Shown here piece after piece: positions 38,736 to 50,309 of a stretch of DNA of 64,000 bases. The stretch is from Microgenomates group bacterium Gr01-1014_16. Lineage in GTDB: Bacteria > Patescibacteriota > Microgenomatia > CAZETR01 > Amesbacteraceae. Position 1 is the first letter of the stretch, and each line of letters starts with the position of its first letter. Location of the stretch: contig VMGA01000002.1 of NCBI GenBank assembly GCA_007376345.1, forward strand, positions 8,309-72,308, given 5' to 3'. Both the position numbers and the translations under genes were made by a program. Below the pieces are notes generated by a model that was not told where the DNA came from, ran no database searches, and was given only the letters and a program-made list of their open reading frames with translations.

Positions 38736-39169
38736 ATGCCCGAAGATTTGGTTCAACCCATCACTCCAATATCTACTTCGCCTCCCAAGTCTCTTTTATT
38801 TGGCGGTGCGATTGCAGTGGTAATTTCCGGCGCGGTTGTCGGATTTATTCTCACCAAAATTCCCGGACTTGGTAAAAACGTCAAAGGATCTTCGGCAACC
38901 ATAGTAAATACCGCCACCGAAGTTGGTTCTACCGATACCCAAACTTTCCGTGACTCCGCCCAGGGGACCCTGGAATCCGGCGGCCTAAACGGAGAGGGGA
39001 CTCACAAGTTGATTAGAGACGGTGGTCCCAGTCAGACAGTCTACATCATCTCTTCCATAGTGGATTTGGAACAATATGCCGGCTCCAAGGTCCAGGTCTG
39101 GGGCGAGACTATCAAGGCCCAGCGCGCCCCCTGGCTCATGGACGTCGGCCGGTTAAAGATTTTGGAGTA

Positions 39170-39170
<1 letters not shown>
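38736..39170 (+). CDS. Hypothetical membrane protein with OB-like C-terminus
   Basis: One TM helix; in operon with ftsEX. Confidence 0.65.
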
Positions 39171-39839
<669 letters not shown>

Positions 39840-39847
<8 letters not shown>

Positions 39848-40718
39848 CCATTTTACAACCGCCGCCAATCGTATCCGCCGTTCACCCTACCAAACCCTGG
39901 CCGCCGTTTCTATTATGACCATGACTCTGTTTCTGGCATGCGCCTTCTTTTTGATCGCCGCCGGCTCTCAAGCCGTCCTCAAATATTTCGAGACCCGCCC
40001 CCAGGTCAACGCCTTCTTTGCCACCGATTTTACCCCTTCCGCCAGCCAGGTAGAAATCATCAAGTCTGATCTCGCCGCCACAGGCACGACCGATTCAATC
40101 ACATACATCTCCAAAGAAGACGCTCTGACCATTTACAAGGAGCTCAACAAAAACGACCCCCTGCTTTTAGAAGCTGTCACCGCCCAGATGCTCCCCGCGT
40201 CCATCGAAGTCACCGCTGTTAACCCTTCGGATCTCAAGCCGTTGGCCGACCGGCTCAAAGAAGTGGAGGGCATTTCTGACGTCCGCTATGCCGAAGATGT
40301 GGTGGGTCAACTGTCCAAGTGGACCGCTTCAGTTCGGGCTATCGGAATTGCCCTCGTCGGAGCCCACGTTTTCATTACCTTTACAATTATTATGCTCATC
40401 ATTGGGGTCAAAGTAGCCAATCGTCGCGAAGAAATCTCTCTTCTGCAACTAGTTGGCGCCACACCCGGCTATGTCGCTGCTCCGTTTATCTGGGAAGGGC
40501 TTCTTTATGGTTTGTCCGGGGCCTTTATTGCCTGGGGGGTTTCCTATCTGGTCCTGCTTTATTCCACCGGGTTTTTGATCGGATTTTTGACCGGAGTCCC
40601 CATTCTCCCCGTCCCTGTCATATTTATGCTCGAAGTTCTGGCAGGTACAATCGCTTTGGGAGCGTTAGTTGGCGGCTTGGGGGGATTTTTAGCCGTCCGC
40701 CGCTACCTCAAAGCATGA
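39840..40718 (+). CDS. ftsX: Cell division permease FtsX
   Basis: Four TM helices, RREEI...LVGAT....PF..EG. Confidence 0.92.
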
Positions 40719-41812
40719 AGAAAAAACTTTTACTCCTCCTCGTTTACACTTTTACACTTTTACACACTTACGCTTTAGTGTCCGCAGACACGTTGTCCGA
40801 CAAACAAAGTCAGATCGATGAATTAGAATCAAAGGTTGCTTCACTTCAATCCCAAGCCAAAACCCTGGCCGGTCAAATCGCCTATTACGACGGCCAGATC
40901 GCTCTGGCCAACCTCAAAATTTCCCAAAGTGAAGATTTGATAACCAGCATTTCTACCAAAATCCGCCTGTTAGAACATTCTCTCCAGACCCGTGGGCAAA
41001 TTTTAGAAAGTCAAGTCAGGGAAACTTACAAACAAGGCCACCAGGATCTTTTGTCCTTATTTTTCTCCTCCCCCAATTTTTCCGCCGCCATCAATCGTTT
41101 CAAATATCTCCAGGTTGTCCAGGACCACAACCGCAAATTTCTCCACGATACCCAGGTCGTCCAAAGCAACTATTCTTCCCAAAAAGATCTCCTAGAGCAA
41201 TCCCGCGTCCGTCTGGAAGCCCAGAAAAAGTCCCTGGCCCTTATCCGCGCCGACCGGGACAATTTACTCACCCAGACCAAAAACGACGAAGCCGTTTACC
41301 AGAAACAACTAGAGCAAGCCCGCCTAGAATATGAAGCTATCCAAAAAGCGCTTATTGCTGGAAAAAAAGAGGGTCCAGTTAAGAAAGGCGATCCGATTGC
41401 GCTAGTTGGTAATTCAGGATATTGGGCACCTGATCCACGACAGGGTTGCTCTACTGGTAAACACTTACATTTTGAAGTCCGGGTGAACAACGATTGGATC
41501 AACGCCGAAACTTACGTCAAATCCATGACTGACAAATGGGGTTTAAATATCGGTTCTGGCAACTGGGATTGGCCCCTCCAGAGCCCAATCGAGATTACTC
41601 AACGCTACGGCAAAACCAATTACTCTTACGTGTATAAATATAGTGGGGGGATTCATACCGGTATAGATATGGTTTCTAATCAAGACGTAATCTATGCCGT
41701 AGCCGACGGAACTCTATATTCTTATACTGGCAAATGTGGTCCGGCCGATCTGAACATCAAATACATCGACCACGGCTCCAATCTCAAAACCTTCTACCTG
41801 CATATCCAATAA
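40715..41812 (+). CDS. Coiled-coil protein with M23 peptidase (EnvC/PcsB-like FtsEX partner)
   Basis: Signal peptide, long coiled coil, STGKHLHFEV and HTGID motifs. Confidence 0.85.
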   Translation: MKKKLLLLLVYTFTLLHTYALVSADTLSDKQSQIDELESKVASLQSQAKTLAGQIAYYDGQIALANLKISQSEDLITSISTKIRLLEHSLQTRGQILESQVRETYKQGHQDLLSLFFSSPNFSAAINRFKYLQVVQDHNRKFLHDTQVVQSNYSSQKDLLEQSRVRLEAQKKSLALIRADRDNLLTQTKNDEAVYQKQLEQARLEYEAIQKALIAGKKEGPVKKGDPIALVGNSGYWAPDPRQGCSTGKHLHFEVRVNNDWINAETYVKSMTDKWGLNIGSGNWDWPLQSPIEITQRYGKTNYSYVYKYSGGIHTGIDMVSNQDVIYAVADGTLYSYTGKCGPADLNIKYIDHGSNLKTFYLHIQ

Positions 41813-41893
41813 TAAATCTTATAGTTAGCATAATTTACATTATTACGACGACCGCATAAATATTGTAAAAGTTGTGTGTGGTATATTCAGTTT

Positions 41894-42688
41894 ATGATGT
41901 GGTGGAGCCTGATTCTCCTTTTTTTCCTCTCCACCTTCCCCGCTCTTGCCGTCACGATCACCCTCTCCAATGTTCCCTCTTCAATTTCTACAGACCCGTT
42001 TACTCTAAACGTTGATATTTCCGGCCCGAATCCCGGCACAAACTACTTACGCGTAGATCTTTTTAAGGATGGGACAAGTAACTATTTTGGTGAAACTAAC
42101 AATGGCTCAGTTTATTATGGCGGATCTGATGGCCTGCAATACTTTCCGGTCACAATTAACGCCGAAGGAACAGCTTCTGCCCAGCTCACAGCCAGAATAG
42201 GCAATCCTTCTCACACGGATTATCCTGGATCGGGTCAATATAAATTGAAAATCCGACGTTATACCTCGGCTGACAGTAACTCCTCGTCCAATTCGAATGA
42301 TGTTCAAATTACCTTCGACTGGCCTACTCCTACCCCTACCTCCACTCCCCAGCCAACGAGTCCCCCTGCTCCGACCAATACACCCGCCCCCACAACTACC
42401 CCCAAGCTCTCCTCCACCCCCAAGCCGTCAGCCACACCCACGCCGAAACCAACTTCTCCGCCTATTACAGTTACTGTTACTCTTACAACTCCGCAGGTTT
42501 TGGCCGAAGCCACCGAATTCTTCACCAACTCCTCCCCGACCCCAATTCCTGTTCCAGAATCAATAACCGATAACCGAACACCGAACACCGAACACCAATC
42601 TCCCCCCTGGCCGGCCTTTCTCCTTATAGGCCTGGGCGCAGGTGGCCTGGCCGCCTCCGCCTACCTCTTTTTCCGCTCTCGGGGCTAG
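41894..42688 (+). CDS. Secreted protein with P/T linker and C-terminal membrane anchor
   Basis: Signal peptide, beta-rich domain, PT repeats, TM helix plus RSRG. Confidence 0.7.
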   Translation: MMWWSLILLFFLSTFPALAVTITLSNVPSSISTDPFTLNVDISGPNPGTNYLRVDLFKDGTSNYFGETNNGSVYYGGSDGLQYFPVTINAEGTASAQLTARIGNPSHTDYPGSGQYKLKIRRYTSADSNSSSNSNDVQITFDWPTPTPTSTPQPTSPPAPTNTPAPTTTPKLSSTPKPSATPTPKPTSPPITVTVTLTTPQVLAEATEFFTNSSPTPIPVPESITDNRTPNTEHQSPPWPAFLLIGLGAGGLAASAYLFFRSRG

Positions 42689-42721
42689 ACTTAGGCTCTA
42701 TCTTATAGTACAATACTTATC

Positions 42722-42745
42722 TGCCCTTTCGGGGGTATTTTTTTT
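42722..42745 (+). terminator. Intrinsic terminator-like hairpin
   Basis: TGCCCT-TTCG-GGGGTA followed by T8. Confidence 0.55.
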
Positions 42746-42753
42746 GTATCATT

Positions 42754-45700
42754 ATGGCTCAACCAACCGTCATTTTGCCCCGCCACCGACGGACTATGTT
42801 GGGTGCGGGCGTCTCTCATAATGGCCGGGAGTATATCACCCATTCCACCCTTCCCCACCACCTCTCTGCCCATATTACTCTAGTCCTCTGGCAGAAAATA
42901 TTTCTCCTCTTACTGTTACTGTTACTGCTTACAGGTTTATTCTTTTATCCCTGGGCCACCGCCATCGGATTCATAGCTGTTTTGACCGCCGTCTACTTCG
43001 CCGACGCCGTATTTAACTTCATTTTGATCTTCAAATCCCTCCACTTCCCCCCCGAAATCACCTTCTCGGATATTGAACATCGAACATTGAACATTGGACA
43101 TTTACCCACATATTCTATCTTATGTCCCCTCTACCGCGAAGCCCGCGTCCTTCCCCAGTTCGTCGAGGCCATTTCCGCTCTCGACTGGCCCAAAGCCAAG
43201 CTGGACGTCCTGCTTCTCCTGGAGGAGGATGACACAACCACAATCGAGGTCGCCCATAGCCTTAATCTGCCCTCATATTTCCGGACAATCATCGTTCCGG
43301 TTTCACAACCCAAAACCAAACCCAAAGCCTGCAATTATGGCTTGAGCTACGTCAAAGGTGAATATGTGGTCGTTTACGACGCCGAGGACCGCCCCGAACC
43401 CGACCAGCTCAAAAAGGCCTATCTGGCCTTCCAAAAAGTTCCGGCTTCGGTCACCTGTCTTCAATCCAAGCTCAACTACTACAACCCCCGCCACAATCTG
43501 CTCACCCGCCTCTTCACCGCCGAATATTCTCTCTGGTTCGACGTAGTTTTGCCCGGCCTTCAGTCGATCAACACCACCCTCCCCCTGGGCGGTACCTCCA
43601 ACCACTTCCGCACCAAAATCCTAAAAAAGCTTCATGGCTGGGACGCCTTCAACGTCACCGAGGACTGCGATCTGGGTTCCCGTCTTTTCAAAGCCGGCTA
43701 CACCACGGCTATTATCGACTCCACCACTTACGAAGAAGCCAACAGTCAGTTGGGTAACTGGATCAGGCAGCGCTCGCGTTGGATCAAGGGCTATCTCCAG
43801 ACCTTTCTCGTCCACAACCGCCACCCCCTGAAGTTTTTGCGCGACCACGGTTGGCATGCCCTCATTTTCCAGCTGATAGTCGGCGGCAAGATCGCCTTTA
43901 TGCTCATCAACCCCTTCCTCTGGCTCATGACCTTCGCCTACTTCACTCTTTATAGCTTCGTCGGCCCGGCCATCGAATCTCTTTATCCCGCTCCCGTCTT
44001 CTACATGGCCGCCTTCTCTGCTGTTTTCGGTAACTTTCTCTATCTCTACTACTATATGATCGGCTGCGCCAAACGCGGCCATTGGGATCTCATCAAATAT
44101 GTCTTCTTTATTCCCCTCTACTGGCTTTTTATCAGCATCGCCGGCTTCAAAGCCCTGGCCCAGTTGATCCTGCGCCCCCACTACTGGGAAAAAACCCACC
44201 ACGGCTTCCATCTTGACCGGGCCGAATCTTCCTTCCTGCGCTCCCAAATCATCTCCCGTTTCGGTTGGGTTCGTCCTTTAGCCGGGCATCGCCTCACCGG
44301 CGCCACGCTTTTAGTCGCCTCGGCCGCAGCCGCCAATTTCTTCAATTTTCTCTACAATGCCTATCTGGGCCGGGTTTTGTCCGCATCCGATTTCGGTTTA
44401 GTAGCCCTCATGGGCAGCCTGATATTTATTGTCAATCTTCCGATCGGCGCCCTCTCCGGAACTGTTTCCTATCGGGCTTCCTATCTCATTGGCAAGTTCG
44501 GTAGCACAGCCCAAGCCTTTTGGTCACTCATCCGCCGTCGCTCAATCATGGTCGCTATTTTGTGTGTCCTTGTCTGGCTGGTTCTCTCGCCCTGGCTGGC
44601 CGGTTTTTTCCGCTCCCCCGACATCCTGCCTTTTTGGCTCTTCGCTCCCATTTGGACCATCGCCTTCACTGCTGCCGTCGACCGGGGTTTCTTAACCGCC
44701 AACCTCCGCTTTTTCACTTTGGCGGTGGTCATTCTGGGTGAGGCCTTGTCCAAATTTGGCCTGGCCGTGTTATTTGTTCATCTGGGCTATCCCCAGCTGG
44801 TCTACGCCGCCATTCCTTTGTCCATGGTTTTACCGTTGGGCATTGGCTGGTGGGTAGCTCGCAGAACCACCTCACCCGTCGTTTTGGACCCCTCCCATAT
44901 TACCTATTTCCCCAGGCGTTATTTTGCCACCTCGATTCTTATGGGTCTATCCGCTCTTGGGTTTTTGAGCTTGGACGTGATTTTAGCCAAGCGCTTTTTG
45001 GATCCCGTCTCCGCCGGCAACTACGCCCTGCTTTCCCTGGTTGGCAAAATGATCTATTTCTTCGGCAAGCTGGTTTCCCAATTTACTATCCCCCTGGTCA
45101 GCCGGGCCGAAGGCGAGGGCGCCGATTCCCAAAAAGTCTTTCTGCCCATCTTTCTCCTGTCCGTTTTTGCTACTACTGCCGGCTTTGTAGCCTTAGGCCC
45201 ACTGGGCCATCTCACCGTCCCCCTCTTACTGGGCGCCAAGACTATCCCGATATTGCCATATCTCACTCTCTATTCCCTGGCCCTGGCTCTCTATACCATG
45301 ACGACTACCGTCATTGATTACCACCAGGCCCGCCGCCACTATCTTTTTCCCGTCACCGGTTTCTTTTTAGCCATTGCCCAAGTCGTCGCCCTGTCCTTTT
45401 TTCACGACCACCTATCCATGTTGGTCAACGTCATCTTTGCCTTGAGCCTGTTTTATTTCCTGCTCATTACCGGCCTGCATTTCACCTATGACGCAATAAT
45501 AATTATTTTTCACAACCTCCACGATTTACTGGACCTTTTTTTCTTGAGGCTCAACGGCCGCCGCCCCCTGCCCTCCGACAAACTGCGCATTTTAGCTTTC
45601 AACTGGCGGGATACCAAACACGTCTGGGCCGGTGGGGCGGAAGTATATTTACACGAAGTAGCCAAGCGCTGGGTCACGGCCGGACACACAGTCACTCTTT

Positions 45701-46755
45701 TTTGCGGCAATGACGGCCATGATCCCAGAAATGAAATGATGGACGGAGTCAAAATAATCCGCCGCGGTGGCCTGTTCACCGTCTATATATGGGCGTTTTT
45801 ATACTACGTCCTCAAATTCCGCGGCCGCTTCGACGTTATTATCGATTCCGAAAACGGCATTCCCTTTTTCACACCACTTTTCACTAGGCTTCCGGTCTTT
45901 CTTTTAATACATCACGTCCACCAGGATCTCTTTCGTTCAAATCTTTATTTCCCCATGGACAAAATAGCCATGCTTTTAGAAGGCAAACTTATGCCCCTGG
46001 TCTACCGGAATTCCCGAATCATCACCGTTTCCGATTCCTCCCGCAAAGATATTTTGTCTCTAGGCTTTTTCAAATCCGACAATATTACAGTCGTCAATCC
46101 CGGTATCGATCCTTCTATCTTTTACACCTCTCCCAAAACCCGCTATCCTTCGTTTGTCTATCTCGGCCGCATCCGCGCCCAGAAAAATATCGACGTGGCC
46201 ATCCGGGCTTTTGCCTCTGTTGTCAAAAAATATCCCAAAGCCCGGTTCTCCATTGCTGGCTGGGGTGACAAATTAGACGAATTAGCCAAATTAGCCAAAT
46301 CACTCAGACTGGCCAAATCGGTCAAATTCCTAGGCAAAGTCAGCGATGCCGAACGGGTCAAACTTTTAGGAAAATCCTGGGCCATGCTCCAGCCCAGCTC
46401 TTTTGAAGGGTGGGGGATAACGGTTATCGAGGCCAATGCCTGCGGGACTCCGGTAATAGCTTCGAACGTCCCCGGCCTGCGCGACTCCGTCCTCCACGAT
46501 GAATCCGGTATTTTAGTTTCTCTCAAGAACGAATTTGAATTGGCCGAATGTATGAAATTGTTAATTTCCCTTCCGGACTACCGCTCCCGCCTATCCCAAA
46601 ACGCCCTCGCCTGGTCCACCAACTTCAACTGGGACGTCAAATCAGCCGAATTCATCCGCGCCGTCTCAAATCGTAACCAGAAACAGGAGTTAACTATCCC
46701 GCTCGCCAAACCCGGTTTGGCTTATTCGTATGAATCAACTGATCAACATTCTTAA
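42754..46755 (+). CDS. Fusion of GT2 synthase-like domain, polysaccharide flippase-like domain and GT4
   Basis: YDAED, TED, QRSRW; multi-TM Wzx-like middle; C-terminal EGWGITVIEA (EX7E). Confidence 0.88.
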   Translation: MAQPTVILPRHRRTMLGAGVSHNGREYITHSTLPHHLSAHITLVLWQKIFLLLLLLLLLTGLFFYPWATAIGFIAVLTAVYFADAVFNFILIFKSLHFPPEITFSDIEHRTLNIGHLPTYSILCPLYREARVLPQFVEAISALDWPKAKLDVLLLLEEDDTTTIEVAHSLNLPSYFRTIIVPVSQPKTKPKACNYGLSYVKGEYVVVYDAEDRPEPDQLKKAYLAFQKVPASVTCLQSKLNYYNPRHNLLTRLFTAEYSLWFDVVLPGLQSINTTLPLGGTSNHFRTKILKKLHGWDAFNVTEDCDLGSRLFKAGYTTAIIDSTTYEEANSQLGNWIRQRSRWIKGYLQTFLVHNRHPLKFLRDHGWHALIFQLIVGGKIAFMLINPFLWLMTFAYFTLYSFVGPAIESLYPAPVFYMAAFSAVFGNFLYLYYYMIGCAKRGHWDLIKYVFFIPLYWLFISIAGFKALAQLILRPHYWEKTHHGFHLDRAESSFLRSQIISRFGWVRPLAGHRLTGATLLVASAAAANFFNFLYNAYLGRVLSASDFGLVALMGSLIFIVNLPIGALSGTVSYRASYLIGKFGSTAQAFWSLIRRRSIMVAILCVLVWLVLSPWLAGFFRSPDILPFWLFAPIWTIAFTAAVDRGFLTANLRFFTLAVVILGEALSKFGLAVLFVHLGYPQLVYAAIPLSMVLPLGIGWWVARRTTSPVVLDPSHITYFPRRYFATSILMGLSALGFLSLDVILAKRFLDPVSAGNYALLSLVGKMIYFFGKLVSQFTIPLVSRAEGEGADSQKVFLPIFLLSVFATTAGFVALGPLGHLTVPLLLGAKTIPILPYLTLYSLALALYTMTTTVIDYHQARRHYLFPVTGFFLAIAQVVALSFFHDHLSMLVNVIFALSLFYFLLITGLHFTYDAIIIIFHNLHDLLDLFFLRLNGRRPLPSDKLRILAFNWRDTKHVWAGGAEVYLHEVAKRWVTAGHTVTLFCGNDGHDPRNEMMDGVKIIRRGGLFTVYIWAFLYYVLKFRGRFDVIIDSENGIPFFTPLFTRLPVFLLIHHVHQDLFRSNLYFPMDKIAMLLEGKLMPLVYRNSRIITVSDSSRKDILSLGFFKSDNITVVNPGIDPSIFYTSPKTRYPSFVYLGRIRAQKNIDVAIRAFASVVKKYPKARFSIAGWGDKLDELAKLAKSLRLAKSVKFLGKVSDAERVKLLGKSWAMLQPSSFEGWGITVIEANACGTPVIASNVPGLRDSVLHDESGILVSLKNEFELAECMKLLISLPDYRSRLSQNALAWSTNFNWDVKSAEFIRAVSNRNQKQELTIPLAKPGLAYSYESTDQHS

Positions 46756-47425
46756 AAGAATTCGCTCCATCATTATGCGGCAGATAAAACCTAGCCGCAA
46801 CTATTGGCTTGCCCATCGAAGTGTCCGACCACTTAGTTCCAAGTTTGGGTTCGACCGTGGCACTCCCATTGATCGATATTGGATAGAATCGTTTCTTTCT
46901 AAGCATCATCAGGACATTCAAGGGAGATGTCTTGAAGTTACAGACAGCAAATACACTACTCAATTCGGTCAACATATCATAAAAAGTGATATCTTGGACA
47001 TTAATCCCAAAAACAAACTAGCCACTATTCACGGCGACCTGCGCCATTTACCCAAAGTCAAAAGCAATACTTATGACTGCATTATTTTAACCCAAGTTCT
47101 GGGATTAATAGATGATTATGAATCAGCCATTGGGGAATGCCGGCGTATTCTCAAGCCTGAGGGAATATTGTTAGTCACCATGGCCAGTCTTTGTCCAACT
47201 TTTTACGAGGAGGGAAGTTTCTGGCGATTAACTACAGCCTCTGCCAAATTTGTTTTCAAAAAATATTTCAAACCCCAAAACCTTCTAATTCAAGGTTACG
47301 GAAATATTTTAACCGGTCAATGTTTTTGGGTTGGCATGTGCCAGGAAGAACTAACCAAGAAAGAACTCGAATATTACGACCCCAGTTATACATGTCTGGT
47401 CTCTATAAGGGCAGTTAAAGATTAA
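46730..47425 (+). CDS. SAM-dependent methyltransferase
   Basis: FGFDRGTPIDRY, DCIILTQVL, RILKPEG. Confidence 0.8.
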   Translation: MNQLINILKRIRSIIMRQIKPSRNYWLAHRSVRPLSSKFGFDRGTPIDRYWIESFLSKHHQDIQGRCLEVTDSKYTTQFGQHIIKSDILDINPKNKLATIHGDLRHLPKVKSNTYDCIILTQVLGLIDDYESAIGECRRILKPEGILLVTMASLCPTFYEEGSFWRLTTASAKFVFKKYFKPQNLLIQGYGNILTGQCFWVGMCQEELTKKELEYYDPSYTCLVSIRAVKD

Positions 47426-47426
47426 T

Positions 47427-48320
47427 ATGAAACCCACAGTCAGCATTGGTATTCCCGCCTACAATGAAGAGGCCAATCTCGGACACTTGCTCTCGGACTT
47501 GCAATCTCAAAAACAAACCGGTTTCAAACTCCAGGAAATCATTGTATCCTCTGACGCCAGCACCGACCAAACAGTAAGCATAGCCAAGAAATATTCTGGT
47601 TCTGGGGTCAAAATTTTGGACAACCAAGTTCGTCAAGGTCAAGCCGCCCGCCAGAACCAGATTATCGATCTGGCAAATTCCGACGTTCTTGTTTTGTTAA
47701 ACGCTGATATTTTAATCGAAGGTCGGGATTTTGTCTGGAGGTTAATCCAGCCCATAACAAACAATCATGCCGACCTCACTTCAAGTAATCTCCTGGCCCT
47801 TGCACCCAAGACTTTTATGGGCCAAGTCTTGTTTCATTCCCTAAAGCTTAGAAACGAAGTCTACAAAAAATATCATTTGGGACAAAATATTTATACTTGT
47901 CATGGCGCCGCCAGGGCGTTCTCCAAGAATCTGTACCAGAATTTTAGGTTCCAAAACAGCGTAGCAGAAGATGCTTACTCCTACCTTTACGCTATTTTCA
48001 AAGGATATAAATATCGTTATGTCGCAGATGCCATAGCTTACATTAGATGGCCAGAGTCGTTAATCGATCACGAGCGCCAAAGCTTGCGTTTCTTTCAATC
48101 TCAAAAAGTTCTCTCGTCCCAATTCGATCCCCAATTCGTCAGCGATCAATATAAATTACCGCCACTTGAGGTACTTAAAACCGTCGTCAAATTTTACCTT
48201 CAATATCCTATTCACGCTCTTGCCTATTCATTTATATTTTGGTTTATGTTTTGCAAATCATTTTTCAAACGGCCCATGGACACCTGGCAATCGTCTGTTA
48301 GTTCTAAGATTCTCAAGTAG
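47427..48320 (+). CDS. GT2 glycosyltransferase
   Basis: IPAYNEE, DASTD, NAD, AED. Confidence 0.88.
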   Translation: MKPTVSIGIPAYNEEANLGHLLSDLQSQKQTGFKLQEIIVSSDASTDQTVSIAKKYSGSGVKILDNQVRQGQAARQNQIIDLANSDVLVLLNADILIEGRDFVWRLIQPITNNHADLTSSNLLALAPKTFMGQVLFHSLKLRNEVYKKYHLGQNIYTCHGAARAFSKNLYQNFRFQNSVAEDAYSYLYAIFKGYKYRYVADAIAYIRWPESLIDHERQSLRFFQSQKVLSSQFDPQFVSDQYKLPPLEVLKTVVKFYLQYPIHALAYSFIFWFMFCKSFFKRPMDTWQSSVSSKILK

Positions 48321-48321
48321 T

Positions 48322-49122
48322 ATGAACAAACTTATCTTAGCCAGAAAGATTATCTATCCCGGATTGGGGATATTAGACAGCGTCCTTTTAAGACGCCCCG
48401 AAGGTATTACTATTTTTTGCTACCACAGCATCTCTTCAGACTCTTGGCGCTTTAGTGTGACTGCTCAAGAGTTTAAAAATCAGTTGGACTATCTTCTTAG
48501 CCATTTGCACCCAATTTCCCTTTCAGATGTCCATCAATATCTAAATAGAAAAAAAGAAATCTCTTCTCCTTCTTTCGTTTTAACCTTCGATGACGGATTT
48601 AAAGACTTGATGAGCGTAAAAGAACACGTCAAAAAATTAGGTATTAAGCCGACCATATTTGTTTTATCCCATCCGCAAAAAACCAACAAAACGGAATTGG
48701 GAACAAGTCAAGATTTATTAAAAGATAAAGATGTTTTTGCGCTTCATAAATCCGGTTGGGAAATTGGCTGTCACAGCGCTACCCACCCAGACTTTTTTTC
48801 CTTAACAAGTACAGATTTGAAGGAGGAAATAATTGAATCCAAAAAAACTTTGGAATCTAAATTAAATCTTCCTGTCGAGTACTTTGCTTACCCCAAAGGC
48901 CGATATTCACCCGCCGTTCTGGCCGCAGTTCAAAAAGCCGGATACCAGCTAGGTTTGACCATGGACGACGGGATTATTAGCCGAAATACAAACCCGCTCC
49001 TCTTGCCTCGGGTCGGTGTTGATGGTTCTCATTCGTTTGCCGAATTTACCTCATCTTTTTCCCCATCGGTTGTCAAATTGAGGGGAATGTTAAAAAGACG
49101 TAAAATAGGCCTTAATATATGA
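48322..49122 (+). CDS. Polysaccharide deacetylase (CE4)
   Basis: YH, LTFDDG, HSATH, FAYPKG. Confidence 0.9.
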   Translation: MNKLILARKIIYPGLGILDSVLLRRPEGITIFCYHSISSDSWRFSVTAQEFKNQLDYLLSHLHPISLSDVHQYLNRKKEISSPSFVLTFDDGFKDLMSVKEHVKKLGIKPTIFVLSHPQKTNKTELGTSQDLLKDKDVFALHKSGWEIGCHSATHPDFFSLTSTDLKEEIIESKKTLESKLNLPVEYFAYPKGRYSPAVLAAVQKAGYQLGLTMDDGIISRNTNPLLLPRVGVDGSHSFAEFTSSFSPSVVKLRGMLKRRKIGLNI

Positions 49123-50309
49123 CCAAATCGCATCGCGGTTCCATTGCGGTAGTCTCCAAATATTTTTACCCGGTTGCCGCCGGCATCGAAGTTAATGTTT
49201 TGGAAACTTATTCTGTACTCGCCGGTCTAGGTTGGGATGTGACCATATATACTTCTCGCGATACTCTGACCGAAAAAAGTGTCCTTCCACAAACGGATAA
49301 TATTCGGGGATTAAAAGTTATCCGTTACCCGTTTGCCAACGACTATTTTGGATACGTTCCCGAGATCAACTGGAAATCGGTGGACGTCGTATGTCTCCAT
49401 AATTTTAACGTCTTTCATTTCTGGATACTGCTCTATGTTGGTTGGTTCAAACTTCTCGGCCGCAAAAAATTTGCCCTGATTGTCACTCCACACGGCGCTT
49501 TCAACCCGGAATGGTCGATATATCCCAAATGGAGCATGGCTTTTCCCAAACAGCTCTACCACTACATTATCGGGACATTTTTTATGAACACTGTGGCAGA
49601 TAAAATGCGGGCTGTTTCCAATTGGGAAAGACAGGAGATCATCAACAAAGGAGTCCACCCTGACAAGGTCGAGGTTATCAGCAACGGCTTGGAGGATGAG
49701 GCTTATCAGGACATTGACAGTTTGGCTAGTTCACAAATTAAAGATCGAGTTAAAAAAATAGGTCGATACTTAATTCAAATTGGTCGCGTTTATCCCATAA
49801 AGAATTATGAAACCGTCATCAAGGCATTGCCAGACATACCTTCAGACGTTAAGTTTATAATAGCTGGTCCAATAGAGAGCAATTACAACGACACTTATTA
49901 CGCAGCCCTAAAAGATTTAATATCCAATCTCCATCTAGAAAATCGGGTAATTTTTTGGGGAGTAATTCGTGGGGTTGACAAATACTACCTCATTAAACAC
50001 GCCCAAATGATGGTCCACATGGCGCTGTGGGAAAGTTTTTGTAACGTCGTTCACGAAGGCATGAGCCAGGGTCTTGTTTGTATTGTGGCCAACAACACTG
50101 CTCTCCCGTATCTTGTTAAAAACGGTGTTAATGGCTATTTAATTGATACTCATGACTATGTCTCTCTAGCCAGAAAAATAAATTACACATTGGATCCAAA
50201 AAACTCTCGCGAAATTAAATTAATCCAAAGTTATAACACTAAGCACGGTCGGGACAATTCATGGCGTCAGGTGGCGCTTAAAATGGACAAGCTATACAAA
50301 AATTTATGA
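49119..50309 (+). CDS. GT4 glycosyltransferase
   Basis: GR...KN, ESFCNVVHE. Confidence 0.88.
   Translation: MTKSHRGSIAVVSKYFYPVAAGIEVNVLETYSVLAGLGWDVTIYTSRDTLTEKSVLPQTDNIRGLKVIRYPFANDYFGYVPEINWKSVDVVCLHNFNVFHFWILLYVGWFKLLGRKKFALIVTPHGAFNPEWSIYPKWSMAFPKQLYHYIIGTFFMNTVADKMRAVSNWERQEIINKGVHPDKVEVISNGLEDEAYQDIDSLASSQIKDRVKKIGRYLIQIGRVYPIKNYETVIKALPDIPSDVKFIIAGPIESNYNDTYYAALKDLISNLHLENRVIFWGVIRGVDKYYLIKHAQMMVHMALWESFCNVVHEGMSQGLVCIVANNTALPYLVKNGVNGYLIDTHDYVSLARKINYTLDPKNSREIKLIQSYNTKHGRDNSWRQVALKMDKLYKNL

Noticed and set aside
40319-40714. N-terminal extension of the M23 ORF
   Set aside because: Overlaps ftsX out of frame; ATG 40715 gives an ATGA overlap and a signal peptide
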